From Candidatus Cloacimonadota bacterium (lineage in GTDB: Bacteria > Cloacimonadota > Cloacimonadia > G963667145), in contig OY781092.1 of assembly GCA_963676615.1 (NCBI GenBank), positions 640,001 through 704,000 on the forward strand: DNA of 64,000 nt, written 5' to 3'. This document shows, one piece after another, positions 38,343-47,831 of this stretch; the first letter of the stretch is position 1; each line of letters begins with the position of its first letter. Under the pieces are notes generated by a model. The model worked only from the letters and a program-made list of their open reading frames with translations, had not been told where the DNA came from and did not search any database. The position numbers and the translations under genes were made by a program.

Positions 38343-40424
38343 CTATTTTTTGCGCTCTTCTCTATTTTTTTGAATCTCTTCCAAAATCTCTTCTTCCAAG
38401 TTCTTCGGAACTTTTTCGTAGCGATCAAACTCGATAGAAAGCTCGGCTTTGCCCTGTGTGTTTGACCTCAGAGCTGTTCCGTATCCAAAAATCTCCGACA
38501 AAGGAATCTCGCCAGTAACAATCGCCAAATGCTCCTCGTCTCTAGTCTCCAGCACTGTTCCACGCCTTTGGTTGATACTCGTGAGCACCGCTCCACGAAA
38601 CTCCGCAGGAACATCAATCGAAACTTTCATCATCGGCTCCAAAATCGCAGGAACGGCTTTGCGGTAATTCTCTCTGATGCACGCCTTGGTCGCCAGCTCA
38701 AAAGCCAATTGCGAAGAGTCAACTGGGTGAAAATCGCCGTCGTTGATGAGCATTTTGATGCCCACAGCTGGGAAGCCAGTGTGATAACCCTCTTGCATCA
38801 TCGCATCAAAACCTTTCTCGCAACCAGGGAAATAGTTCGATGGAATAGCGCCACCTTTGATGTCGGTCTCGAAAATATTTTCGTCCGAACCGCTAGGCGA
38901 CAAAACCCCCATAATTTTAGCGTATTGACCGCGTCCACCAGACTGTTTTTTGTGAACATATTCGAATGGAGTCTCTTTGGAAATCGTCTCTCTATAAGCA
39001 ACTTGCGGCTTGCCGACCTCCAGGTCAACATTGTATTCGCGCCTCATTCTCTCGATATACACATCCAAATGCAGCTCGCCAATTCCTTGGATAATCGTTT
39101 CCGAAGTCTCCTCATCCAAATAAGATTTAAAAGTCAAATCCTCTTTGGTAAACCTGTTCAACGCCTTCGCCATATTGGTTTGGCTTTTGTTATCCTTCGG
39201 CTTAATCGACAAAGAAATAATCGGCTCTGGAATGTGCGACGAGCGAAGATGATAGTGGATAGAAGGGTCGGTAAAAGTGTCGCCCAAAGCGCAGTCAACG
39301 CCAAAAATAGCGCCGATATCGCCAGCCTTCAACTCATTCAGCTCCATCATCTCATCCGAGTGCATTTTCGCTAAACGACCGATTTTCACCTTTTTTCTAG
39401 TTCTATTGTTAATCAGCTCATCGCCTTTTTTGATAGCGCCCTGATACAATCTGATATAAGTCAGCTGACCGTATTGTTGATTTTCCAACTTAAAAGCGTA
39501 GGCAACGGCAGGGTCTGTATCTTTCATACTCATAATCACAGGAGCGTCGTCGTTATCCGCGTCAAAGCCTTCGTTTTCAATCTCCGTCGGATTTGGCAAG
39601 TAGGCGTCAATCGCATCCAAAAGAGGTTGCACGCCTTTATTTTTGAAAGCTGAACCCATAAAAACTGGAGTTATTTGATCGGCAATAACGCCAATTCTAA
39701 CAACTTTTTTTATCAAATCGGGAGTCTCGTTTCCTTCCAAAATCGCCTCGGCAAGCTCATCGTCAATCATCGAAAGCTCATCCAGCATTTTTTCACGATA
39801 CTCCGAAGCTTGCGCTTGCAAACCGGCAGGAATTTCCTCGTAACGAAGCTTCTCGCCGCTATCGCCGTCGAAATAGATAGCTTTCATCTCCACCAAATCG
39901 ACAACACCTTCGAAGCCATCCTCTTTGCCAACAGGAATTTGCATCATCACGGCGTTTCTGCCCAGCTTTTCGCAAAGCATATCGGTCACTTTGAAAGGAT
40001 TTGCGCCAGTTCTGTCTAACTTGTTGATAAAAGCCAAGTTAGGAACATTATTTCGAGACAATTGCCTATCTACGGTGAAAGATTGCGACTGCACGCCACC
40101 AACACCACAAAGCACCAAAACAGCACCGTCGAGCACCCGCAGAGCGTTTTCCACCTCTACGGTAAAGTCAACATGTCCAGGCGTGTCGATAATGTTGATG
40201 TCGGTCTTGCCCCAATTAACATAAGTCGCTGCAGAAGCAATAGTTATGCCTCTTTCTTTTTCCAACTCCATCGAGTCCATTTTGGCACCAACGCCGTCTT
40301 TGCCTCTCACCTCAGAAATCTTGTGTATCTTATTGCAATAAAACAAAATCCGTTCTGTGAGCGTGGTTTTTCCCGAATCGATGTGGGCGCTAATTCCTAT
40401 ATTTCTCGTCTTTTCTAAGTTCAT
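38343..40424 (-). CDS. fusA: Elongation factor G (spirochete/mitochondrial EFG1-like subtype), outside the str operon
   Basis: [75 protein letters not shown]. Start placed at ATG 40424. Confidence 0.95.
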   Translation of the reverse strand: MNLEKTRNIGISAHIDSGKTTLTERILFYCNKIHKISEVRGKDGVGAKMDSMELEKERGITIASAATYVNWGKTDINIIDTPGHVDFTVEVENALRVLDGAVLVLCGVGGVQSQSFTVDRQLSRNNVPNLAFINKLDRTGANPFKVTDMLCEKLGRNAVMMQIPVGKEDGFEGVVDLVEMKAIYFDGDSGEKLRYEEIPAGLQAQASEYREKMLDELSMIDDELAEAILEGNETPDLIKKVVRIGVIADQITPVFMGSAFKNKGVQPLLDAIDAYLPNPTEIENEGFDADNDDAPVIMSMKDTDPAVAYAFKLENQQYGQLTYIRLYQGAIKKGDELINNRTRKKVKIGRLAKMHSDEMMELNELKAGDIGAIFGVDCALGDTFTDPSIHYHLRSSHIPEPIISLSIKPKDNKSQTNMAKALNRFTKEDLTFKSYLDEETSETIIQGIGELHLDVYIERMRREYNVDLEVGKPQVAYRETISKETPFEYVHKKQSGGRGQYAKIMGVLSPSGSDENIFETDIKGGAIPSNYFPGCEKGFDAMMQEGYHTGFPAVGIKMLINDGDFHPVDSSQLAFELATKACIRENYRKAVPAILEPMMKVSIDVPAEFRGAVLTSINQRRGTVLETRDEEHLAIVTGEIPLSEIFGYGTALRSNTQGKAELSIEFDRYEKVPKNLEEEILEEIQKNREERKK

Positions 40425-40526
40425 ATCCCTAACATTTCCTTTTAAAATCTTATTCTTTAGGAGCAAATCTTTTTTTGTAGTCGCAAAAGTCAAGACAAAT
40501 TCTTCATTTATTTGACTTTGCGCATC

Positions 40527-41372
40527 TTAAACAGCCGTCCTTTTTTGTGGCAAAATCGCCCCAAATTTAAGAGCGTTTGTCGGGCAAATTTTTAGGCAAT
40601 CGCCACAACGAATACATTCCAAATCTTGCTGGTTTTTACGAATATTTATCTCCATTTTGCAAGTTTTTTCGCATTTTCCGCAATCGACGCACAAATCTTT
40701 GTCAAATCGTATCTGCAAAAACGAAAACTTGTTGCTTATCGAATATAAAGCTCCCAGCGGGCAAATTGTTCGGCAAAAAAATCGATAGTGAATAACGCTG
40801 AAACCAGAAATGAACACAAAAAATGTCAGCTTGATGTAAAAAGCCACGCCGATTAAACTTTGCAGCGACGGGAAAAGCAGCAAAACAGGAACGCCTGCTT
40901 CCAAAAATCCAGCAGGACAAATAACCTTGCAAAAAGCGGGCTGCCCGATGCCGAACTCGTTATGCACAAAAGTCGGCAAAACAATCACGAAAATCAAAAG
41001 CACCAAGTATTTTGCGTAGCGCAAAGGTTTATAAAGCCGTTTTTTTGCCAGCGGAATCTTGTAAACCAGCTCTTGATAAAGCCCAAAAGGACAAATCCAG
41101 CCGCAAATGAACCTGCCGGCAATCGCGCCAAATAGCAAAACAAAGCCGCTAGCGTAAAAGCTAAAATTGTAGCGCAAGCTCGTAACAACAGATTGAAAAG
41201 CCCCTATCGGACAAGAGCCAATCGCCGCAGGGCAGCTGTAGCAGTTGAGTCCTGGCACGCAAATATTTTTGATTTCGCCTTTGTAAATCGTCCTTTTCCA
41301 AAATCCAGCCAAGTAGATGTTTTGCAAAAAAGCGAAAACGACCTGAAAAAACTTTCGGCTAGCTCGCACCAA
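40527..41372 (-). CDS. Membrane 4Fe-4S binding protein (NapH/MauN-like)
   Basis: CVPGLNCYSCP, GRFICGWICPFG, FCKVICPAG, FCRTICPLG, two CxxCxxCxxxC ferredoxin motifs. Confidence 0.9.
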   Translation of the reverse strand: MVRASRKFFQVVFAFLQNIYLAGFWKRTIYKGEIKNICVPGLNCYSCPAAIGSCPIGAFQSVVTSLRYNFSFYASGFVLLFGAIAGRFICGWICPFGLYQELVYKIPLAKKRLYKPLRYAKYLVLLIFVIVLPTFVHNEFGIGQPAFCKVICPAGFLEAGVPVLLLFPSLQSLIGVAFYIKLTFFVFISGFSVIHYRFFCRTICPLGALYSISNKFSFLQIRFDKDLCVDCGKCEKTCKMEINIRKNQQDLECIRCGDCLKICPTNALKFGAILPQKRTAV

Positions 41373-41487
41373 TGCACTCCAAACAGATGTTTACCGCTTT
41401 TATGAAAATCGTTTTTTGTTCTCCGCGAAAAAGCCCAAACCAAATCATAAAAAAAGCCAAAGCCAAAAAAAACAAGCTTTTTTTCAT
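41359..41487 (-). CDS. Small membrane protein with C-terminal CXXC motif (CD1871A-like family)
   Basis: Hand translation MKKSLFFLALAFFMIWFGLFRGEQKTIFIKAVNICLECIGAS* (42 aa), between the TlpA-like and 4Fe-4S genes; below the ORF-track cutoff. Confidence 0.8.
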   Translation of the reverse strand: MKKSLFFLALAFFMIWFGLFRGEQKTIFIKAVNICLECIGAS

Positions 41488-41490
41488 CGC

Positions 41491-42450
41491 CTATTTTAGT
41501 AATTTTTCGATATTTTTGCGATAAGCGTTTATGTCTGCCCCAACGATAATTTGACTGATAATCTCGCCGTTTTGATTAACAAAAAAAGATGTGGGGATAC
41601 TGGAGACGCTGCTAAGAATTTGCTCGTTCAGCTGCGAATTGGGCAGCAAATTGACGAAATTGGCTCCAGATTTTGCCAAGATTTCTTGAGCAAGCTCGAT
41701 GTTGTTTTGTCCGTCAACCACAATGCCCACGATAGCAAAGTTTTTGGTCTGCTGGCTCAATTTTGCCAATTCTGGCATCTCTCTCAGGCAAGGTCCGCAG
41801 TAAGTCCCCCAGATGTTGACCATCGTCAACTTGTTTTGAGCAAAAAGCGATTTGGAATCGATTTGTTTACCGCTCAAATCTGTCGCTGTGAAATTCAGCG
41901 CACCCGAAACTTCTGGAGCGGAAGCGTTAGCGTTTTGCCCTTTCGGCTCAAAAATTTCGATCGTTTTTTCAACCTTTTCGCTTTGCGCTAAATATTTTTT
42001 GTAGCTGGCGGCGAACTCTTTTTTCACAGCCTCATCTTTTTTTGCCAAAGAAAAGTAAATTAAAAAATCGGAATTACTGCCGATTTTGGTGGCTTTTCCC
42101 CATTCTGCGTTTTGGAGAAAATTTTCTGAGAAATTTTCTTTTGGATAAACGGAGATTTTGAACAATTTATACGCTTTGTCGCAAACCTTGGCAACCGTTT
42201 CTGGAGTGATGTCGTGATTGGCTTCCAAAGTTTTTTTTTGCTTTTTGGCTGCATCTGTCAAAAAATAAAAAGCGAAATCGACGCTGTTTTCGCTTGGCGC
42301 AGGCACTACAAAAATGTTTTCGTCTTTTTCCCATTGGCTGGGAATTTCAAAGCTGAACCCCATCGGGTCGATAGGAATTTTTGTGGTGGCATAGTCGCTG
42401 CAACCAAGCAACGCGAAAGCTATAAACAAAAACGATTTAAGCAATTTCAT
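41491..42450 (-). CDS. TlpA-family thiol-disulfide oxidoreductase lipoprotein with extra N-terminal domain
   Basis: Lipobox LLG|C; C-terminal FTATDLSG, VNIWGTYCGPCLREMP, IPTSFFV. Confidence 0.87.
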   Translation of the reverse strand: MKLLKSFLFIAFALLGCSDYATTKIPIDPMGFSFEIPSQWEKDENIFVVPAPSENSVDFAFYFLTDAAKKQKKTLEANHDITPETVAKVCDKAYKLFKISVYPKENFSENFLQNAEWGKATKIGSNSDFLIYFSLAKKDEAVKKEFAASYKKYLAQSEKVEKTIEIFEPKGQNANASAPEVSGALNFTATDLSGKQIDSKSLFAQNKLTMVNIWGTYCGPCLREMPELAKLSQQTKNFAIVGIVVDGQNNIELAQEILAKSGANFVNLLPNSQLNEQILSSVSSIPTSFFVNQNGEIISQIIVGADINAYRKNIEKLLK

Positions 42451-42468
42451 CTCTCCTCCCTACTTTTT

Positions 42469-42783
42469 TTACATCAAACCAGGGATTTTCATCCCGCCAG
42501 TAATCGCACTCATACTCTCTTGATTTTTGTTCTCTAGCTGTGTTTTAGCATCTTTAATTGCCGAGACGATCATATCTTGCAGCATCTCCACATCGCTGGG
42601 GTCAACAGCTTCAGGGTCGATTTTGAGGCTAGTAATGTCGAAATTTCCGTTCATCGACACCTCCACCATTCCCCCGCCGCTGGTGGTCGTAATCGAAAGA
42701 TTTTTGGTCTCCTCCTGCGCTTTCAGCAGCTCTTTTTGCATTTTTTGCGCTTGCTTCAACATTTTATTCATATTTCGGTTCAT
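42469..42783 (-). CDS. ybaB: Nucleoid-associated protein YbaB/EbfC
   Basis: MLKQAQKMQ, SGGGMV, IDPEAVD..DVEMLQDMI, ITGGMKIPG. Confidence 0.93.
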   Translation of the reverse strand: MNRNMNKMLKQAQKMQKELLKAQEETKNLSITTTSGGGMVEVSMNGNFDITSLKIDPEAVDPSDVEMLQDMIVSAIKDAKTQLENKNQESMSAITGGMKIPGLM

Positions 42784-42785
42784 CG

Positions 42786-43796
42786 TCATTCTCCTTCTAA
42801 AATTTTTTCAAATAAATCTTTGTGTCTATCCAAATATCGCTTGGAACGCCAATCGATATACCCGCTTCGCACGGCGTCTCTCGACTCGTCTTCAAAATTT
42901 TCTGCAGGCAACTTTTTATTTCTGGTAACGCCTTTCACAACGGGATAAACAGCCAACTCTTCAGTCAAAATCTCTTGTATTTTTTCTGTCAACAAAAGGT
43001 CTATAAAATTTTGAGCGACAATTTGCTTCTGAGAATTTTTGTAAATGCCAACACCAAAAAAATCTCGTATCGACAAATCGCCCAGCAAAATCGGTTGCAG
43101 CCTCGGATAAAGCACGCTGTAACTCACGCCGCCAATCCACAGAGCCGCCTCTTTTGCCATAATCATCCGCAGCCCAAAAGCTGGCGTAGGCACCACATCT
43201 CGCACCTTATTTCTCATACTTTGCCAAAACTGTCGATGCCCATTCTGTGTAAATCTTGCCAGCGTTTTCACATAAAACATTCTGCTATAGGCAAAAAATT
43301 TCGGATTGGTAAAAATCAGCTGGTTTTTGTAAATATCTTCTTGAAATTTCCCCAAAGTTAGCGGAATATTTTTGATTTGCGTCGTGTCCGCCAAAATGCA
43401 AGCGTAGTCGCAAAAAATTGGTGTAAAATAAAAAGTTTTGTTGAGTTCAATATCTTTTTTGATATTTCGGGCGTTTTTGGGTTTATACTTTCGAAATTTT
43501 CGACTCACAATCGCTTGACGCAAAAAAGATTTGTCGATGCCGAAAGCCAAATCTAAGCTGTCTTCGCTTGCCAAAAGTTTTTCGACTCCATCGAAATAAA
43601 CAAACTCAATTTTGTGGAACAGCGTGTCTTCCAATTTTTTTTTCGCTTTTTGCGGAAACCATTCTCCGTTCAGATTTTTGGTTATTCCCACTCTCAAAAT
43701 CGGTAGCTGGCTTGATTTTTTGAGGGCTTTATTTTGCCCAGAACCGTTACAGCCAAAAATAAAGATGAGCAAAAAAAATATCGCTAGTTGTTTCAA
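42786..43796 (-). CDS. ABC transporter substrate-binding lipoprotein (ThiB/TbpA-like)
   Basis: Probable TTG start at 43796 overlapping the mlaE stop; lipobox IFG|C; 'DLAFGIDK', 'AQNFIDLLLTEKIQ..YPV' periplasmic-binding-protein motifs. Confidence 0.6.
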   Translation of the reverse strand: MKQLAIFFLLIFIFGCNGSGQNKALKKSSQLPILRVGITKNLNGEWFPQKAKKKLEDTLFHKIEFVYFDGVEKLLASEDSLDLAFGIDKSFLRQAIVSRKFRKYKPKNARNIKKDIELNKTFYFTPIFCDYACILADTTQIKNIPLTLGKFQEDIYKNQLIFTNPKFFAYSRMFYVKTLARFTQNGHRQFWQSMRNKVRDVVPTPAFGLRMIMAKEAALWIGGVSYSVLYPRLQPILLGDLSIRDFFGVGIYKNSQKQIVAQNFIDLLLTEKIQEILTEELAVYPVVKGVTRNKKLPAENFEDESRDAVRSGYIDWRSKRYLDRHKDLFEKILEGE

Positions 43797-44551
43797 ACAG
43801 CGCCTCCAAACATCAACGAAGCCACCACGAAATCCATAATCAAAATCGTTATGCTGGAATAAACCACCGCTGTTGTGGAGACAACGCCAACCCCCTCGGC
43901 GCCTCCCTTGGCTTTGCTGCCGACGAAACAGCCTATGCTGGTGATTGTTATGCCGAAAAAGAAAGCTTTGATTAAGCCGCCCCACAAATCAGAGGGTAAA
44001 AAATTGTTGCGCATTCCTTCAAAAAAGGTGTAAAAACTGATACTGTGCTTAAAATACGACAGAGCAAAAGCGGAAAAGATGCTCACAAAATCGGCGATAA
44101 TCGTCAAAATTGGCAGCATAATCGCCCCCGCGACAATTTTGGGCATATAGATGTAATCGACGGGGTCAATCGCCATACTCTCCAGCGCGTCCAGCTGCTC
44201 AGAGATTTTCATTGTGCCGATTTCTGCGGCGATAGAAGCTCCGATTTTTCCGCTTAGCACAAGCGCCGTTAACGCTGGCGCAAGCTCAGTCAGCGTCGTT
44301 TTTTCGATAAAAATCCCGATCATCCCTTTGGGAGCAAGCCCTGCGGTTTGATATATCGTTTGCACAGCGGTCACAAGTCCTGTGAAAGCGGAGGTTATGA
44401 CTATCAGAAAAAACGAGTCGTAACCAATCGATTTCATCTGCTTGAGGATTTGGTATTTGCGGAAAATTATTGAGCGCAAAGATTTCAAAAAATCTTTAAA
44501 AAAAAGAGAAAAATCGCCAAAGTTGTATAAAAAAGAGTAAAGTTTTTTCAT
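43793..44551 (-). CDS. mlaE: MlaE/Ttg2B family ABC permease
   Basis: IGYDS, ELAPALTALVLSGKIGASIAAEIGTMKISEQLDALE, GGAEGVG..TT.AVV. Confidence 0.92.
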   Translation of the reverse strand: MKKLYSFLYNFGDFSLFFKDFLKSLRSIIFRKYQILKQMKSIGYDSFFLIVITSAFTGLVTAVQTIYQTAGLAPKGMIGIFIEKTTLTELAPALTALVLSGKIGASIAAEIGTMKISEQLDALESMAIDPVDYIYMPKIVAGAIMLPILTIIADFVSIFSAFALSYFKHSISFYTFFEGMRNNFLPSDLWGGLIKAFFFGITITSIGCFVGSKAKGGAEGVGVVSTTAVVYSSITILIMDFVVASLMFGGAV

Positions 44552-44569
44552 TTCAGATTATCAAAAAAA

Positions 44570-45988
44570 CTAGTTAAAATCGTTGTTGAAACCTGGATCC
44601 ATATCGTCTAAATCCGACGGCGGCAAGCTGTTGTCAAATTCGTCAAACTGGCTGTGAATCTGGTCAAGCGTTAAAAATCTGGTCTTGTGTCCTTCAAATT
44701 TTAGCCTCTTAAAGCCGACAGAGCCGTGCCTGTTTTTGGCGACAATCACCTCGGCAGTTCCTGGATGCTTAGAATTTTCTTTGTTGTAGTAGTCGTCACG
44801 ATAGATAAACATTACCTGATCGGCGTCTTGCTCGATCGAGCCAGATTCGCGCAAATCGGAGAGTAGCGGTCTTCGATCGTCACGAGTTTCCACGCCACGA
44901 TTGAGCTGAGAAAGAGCTATAATATTGATATCCATATCTTTAGCCATAATTTTCAGCCCTCTGGAAATGTCCGAAATTTGCTGGTGGCGAGCTTCTCGAG
45001 AAAAGGAGCCCATCAGTTGCAAATAGTCAATTATAACGATGTCCAGCCCGTCCAGCTGAGCCTTTAGCCGCATAGCTTTGGACTTTATCGAGCTGATGGT
45101 GTTCGAGCCGCTATCGTCGATATACAAATCCGCCTCGGACAAAATCATCGCCGCCTGCGATATCGCCCTGAGCTTATTGGGGTTCAGACCCTTGCCTCTT
45201 GTCATACACTCCACATCAACATCGGCAGGACCCGAGAGCATCCGCATCAAAAGTTCCTCTCCGTCCATCTCCATACTGAAAATCGCTACTTTCTTACCGT
45301 CCAAAACTGCAGCGTTATGGGCAAAATTTAGCGCCAGCGAAGTCTTTCCCATTGCAGGACGAGCCGCCAAAATAATGAGCTGCCCTTTGCTAAATCCGCC
45401 AGTGAGCACATCGATGTCCCTAAAACCAGAGCTAATTCCCGAGAGCGATCCGTCGGTGTTCGCCTTCTCGTTAATCATATCGACAACGCCATCCAGATAC
45501 GACTCCGCGCTCTTCAGCCCCTCGCCTATCTTGTCGTCGGCAACCTTGAAAACCAGCGATTCCGCCTGCTCAATAATATCCTCAATCGGCTGATCGTCGG
45601 CGTAACATTTCTCCAAAATCGTGTTAGAAACATTTATCAGCTGGCGGAGCATCGACTTTTGCAAAACGATTTTCATATGATACGGCAAATTTCCGCCGCT
45701 CATCACCACATCCGACAGCTGGTTCAAAAACGCAATGCCGCCCACACTATCCAGCTTCGCCATATTTTTGAGTTTCTCGGAAATCGTGATAATGTCTACT
45801 TCTGTGTTTTCGTTAAAAAGCTCTCTAATTGCCCGAAAAATTGTGCGATGCGACTGCTTGTAAAAATCTTTTTCGCGCAACTTTTCCATAGCAATCGCCA
45901 CATTGTGGTTGTTGATCATCATCGCCGAGATGATGCCAGATTCCGCCTCCAAATTGTGCGGCAAAACTTTTAGAGAACTTTCTTCCAT
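44570..45988 (-). CDS. dnaB: Replicative DNA helicase
   Basis: PHNLEAE, LAARPAMGKT, FSMEM, IDYLQLM, LSQLNR, LSDLRESGSIEQDAD, AKNRHG. Confidence 0.97.
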   Translation of the reverse strand: MEESSLKVLPHNLEAESGIISAMMINNHNVAIAMEKLREKDFYKQSHRTIFRAIRELFNENTEVDIITISEKLKNMAKLDSVGGIAFLNQLSDVVMSGGNLPYHMKIVLQKSMLRQLINVSNTILEKCYADDQPIEDIIEQAESLVFKVADDKIGEGLKSAESYLDGVVDMINEKANTDGSLSGISSGFRDIDVLTGGFSKGQLIILAARPAMGKTSLALNFAHNAAVLDGKKVAIFSMEMDGEELLMRMLSGPADVDVECMTRGKGLNPNKLRAISQAAMILSEADLYIDDSGSNTISSIKSKAMRLKAQLDGLDIVIIDYLQLMGSFSREARHQQISDISRGLKIMAKDMDINIIALSQLNRGVETRDDRRPLLSDLRESGSIEQDADQVMFIYRDDYYNKENSKHPGTAEVIVAKNRHGSVGFKRLKFEGHKTRFLTLDQIHSQFDEFDNSLPPSDLDDMDPGFNNDFN

Positions 45989-45992
45989 AATT

Positions 45993-46613
45993 TTATGCGT
46001 TTTCTAAAAATTTTTGCAGATTTTGCAAATCGATCCAAGCCAATTTTTTCCAAGCGTTTTTGCGCAAAAGCGCCGATGGATGGTAGGTAATAAAAGTTGG
46101 AACGCCACGAAAAGAGTGCACTTTAGTCCGCAAATCTTCCATTTTTTCGTTCAACCCCAAAAGACTTTTTGCTGGCACTTTACCCAAAAGCAGAAGCGCT
46201 TTTGGCTTAATTTGCTCCAGCTGCTCGTGCAAAAGCGGAATGCAACTTGCCACCTCTTCTGGCAACGGGTCGCGATTTTCTGGCGGACGGCATTTGACCA
46301 CATTGGAAATGAAGCTTTTTTCTCTTTCGATGCCGATAGCAGACAGCATCTTCGTCAGCAAATCTCCAGAACGCCCCACGAAAGGTCTGCCGCTGGCGTC
46401 CTCTTGTGCGCCGGGAGCCTCGCCAATTATGAAAAGATCTGCGTTAGGATCGCCTTCACCAAAAACGATATTCGTCCTCGTTTTCGCCAAAGCACAGCCC
46501 TGACAATCGCAATCTTGCGCGCTTTTTTGCTCGCTAGCAAAAAAAAACCACCTGTTCACGCCAGCCAGTTTTAGCTCTTCAAAAAGTTGGAGAAACTGCT
46601 TATTGGGACTCAA
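45993..46613 (-). CDS. udg: Uracil-DNA glycosylase, family 4
   Basis: CQGC.L, VFGEG, GEAPG..ED, PFVG, NVVKCRPP.NRDP, TYHPS. Start uncertain (TTG near 46613). Confidence 0.9.
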   Translation of the reverse strand: MSPNKQFLQLFEELKLAGVNRWFFFASEQKSAQDCDCQGCALAKTRTNIVFGEGDPNADLFIIGEAPGAQEDASGRPFVGRSGDLLTKMLSAIGIEREKSFISNVVKCRPPENRDPLPEEVASCIPLLHEQLEQIKPKALLLLGKVPAKSLLGLNEKMEDLRTKVHSFRGVPTFITYHPSALLRKNAWKKLAWIDLQNLQKFLENA

Positions 46614-46833
46614 CAACTTCCTCGATTTCCTCTTCAACATCGTCAATCGTATATTCGGGAATATTGTTCGCCGCCACATGCTCAATCGCCTCTTGGCAAA
46701 GATGCTTCTTGAACTGCTCCTTAATAACTTTTGGCAATTTTCGCAATCTTTGAGCCTCTTTCTCCGCAGCAATCAAAAACAGATAATCTTTATTCAGATT
46801 TTCCAAAATCTGATCAACTTTTTTATTCAACAT
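46600..46833 (-). CDS. rpoZ: Probable RNA polymerase omega subunit (divergent)
   Basis: 77 aa directly downstream of gmk; 'VDQILENLNKDYLFLIAAEKEAQRL...QEAIEHVAANNI' follows the omega pattern. Confidence 0.6.
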   Translation of the reverse strand: MLNKKVDQILENLNKDYLFLIAAEKEAQRLRKLPKVIKEQFKKHLCQEAIEHVAANNIPEYTIDDVEEEIEEVVESQ

Positions 46834-46851
46834 AAAAACCTCTTTAAATTT

Positions 46852-47451
46852 TTATTCAAAACAAATCTCTTCTAAATTTTTTAGTCTACACTCTTCGGCG
46901 TCAATTATGCAATTAACCTGCGCCACGGCTCGTTTCAGCTCATCGTTAATCACCAAATAGTCAAATTCGCTAGTTTTTTTCAACTCTTTTTTCATACTTT
47001 GCAGCCGCACGGCGATATCCTCGGGCGAATTTTGCCCCCGTTTTTTTAGCCGCTCCAGCAAAATCTCGATCGACGGAGTCATCACAAAAATAGAGAAAGA
47101 GCTCAAATCGCGATGCTCTTTTATCTGCTCCATGCCTTGCACATCAATGTCTAGCAAAATATTTTTGCCCGCTTGCAACCTCGAAAAAACATACCGCTTG
47201 TCCGTTCCATAAAAATCTGTATGAACCTTGGCATATTCCAAAAAATCTTTGTCAGCCACTTTTTGCGCAAACTCCTTGTGGCTCACAAAAAAGTAATCTT
47301 TGCCGTGAACTTCGCCTTGACGGGGCTTTCTCGTCGTGTAAGATATCGAAAATTCGACATCGTCTCGTTCCTGCAAAATCTGCTTGCAAATCGTGCTTTT
47401 GCCCGCGCCAGACGGAGCGGCAATAACAATTAGATTGCGCCTTTTCTTCAT
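46852..47451 (-). CDS. gmk: Guanylate kinase
   Basis: APSGAGKST, SISYTTRKPR.GE..GKDYFF, FLEYA, YGT, LDIDVQG, DYLVIND. Confidence 0.96.
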   Translation of the reverse strand: MKKRRNLIVIAAPSGAGKSTICKQILQERDDVEFSISYTTRKPRQGEVHGKDYFFVSHKEFAQKVADKDFLEYAKVHTDFYGTDKRYVFSRLQAGKNILLDIDVQGMEQIKEHRDLSSFSIFVMTPSIEILLERLKKRGQNSPEDIAVRLQSMKKELKKTSEFDYLVINDELKRAVAQVNCIIDAEECRLKNLEEICFE

Positions 47452-47831
47452 TCCTTGATTATCGACCAATAGTCGTCGCTCTTGTAAAAATAGTCAAATT
47501 CGCTGGGGTCGTCCACCTTATAGCGAAAAAGCCAGCCGTTCTCATACGGCGAGGTGTTAATCAGCTCTGGCTCAATATCCAAATCTTCGTTTATCCGCTC
47601 AATCACGCCGCTCACAGGAGAAATTATCGGCTTTAGACCATCGCAAGTGCCGATATATCCGCAAACTTCGCCTTTCTCAAACTCGTAACCAATTTTGGGC
47701 AGCTCAACAAATCCGATGTTGCCATATTTTGCCTGAATATACTCAGTCAGCCCCAAATAAACGACATTATCATCAAAAACCTTCAACCAATGATGATTTT
47801 CGGTGTAAAACAAATCCTCTCTAACTTCCAT
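47448..47831 (-). CDS. gcvH: Glycine cleavage H-protein-like protein lacking the lipoyl lysine
   Basis: LFYTENHHW, GLTEY.Q, FVELP, SPVSG..IN, PELINTSPYENGW; canonical ESVK appears as GTCD. Confidence 0.8.
   Translation of the reverse strand: MEVREDLFYTENHHWLKVFDDNVVYLGLTEYIQAKYGNIGFVELPKIGYEFEKGEVCGYIGTCDGLKPIISPVSGVIERINEDLDIEPELINTSPYENGWLFRYKVDDPSEFDYFYKSDDYWSIIKE

Noticed and set aside
38529..39374. 281-aa + strand ORF
   Set aside because: Antisense shadow of fusA
43797..43985. N-terminal extensions in the ORF track (binding protein to 43985; also fusA to 40493, udg to 46772, lolC from 29223)
   Set aside because: They overlap upstream genes or promoters; signal peptides and family N-termini point to later starts
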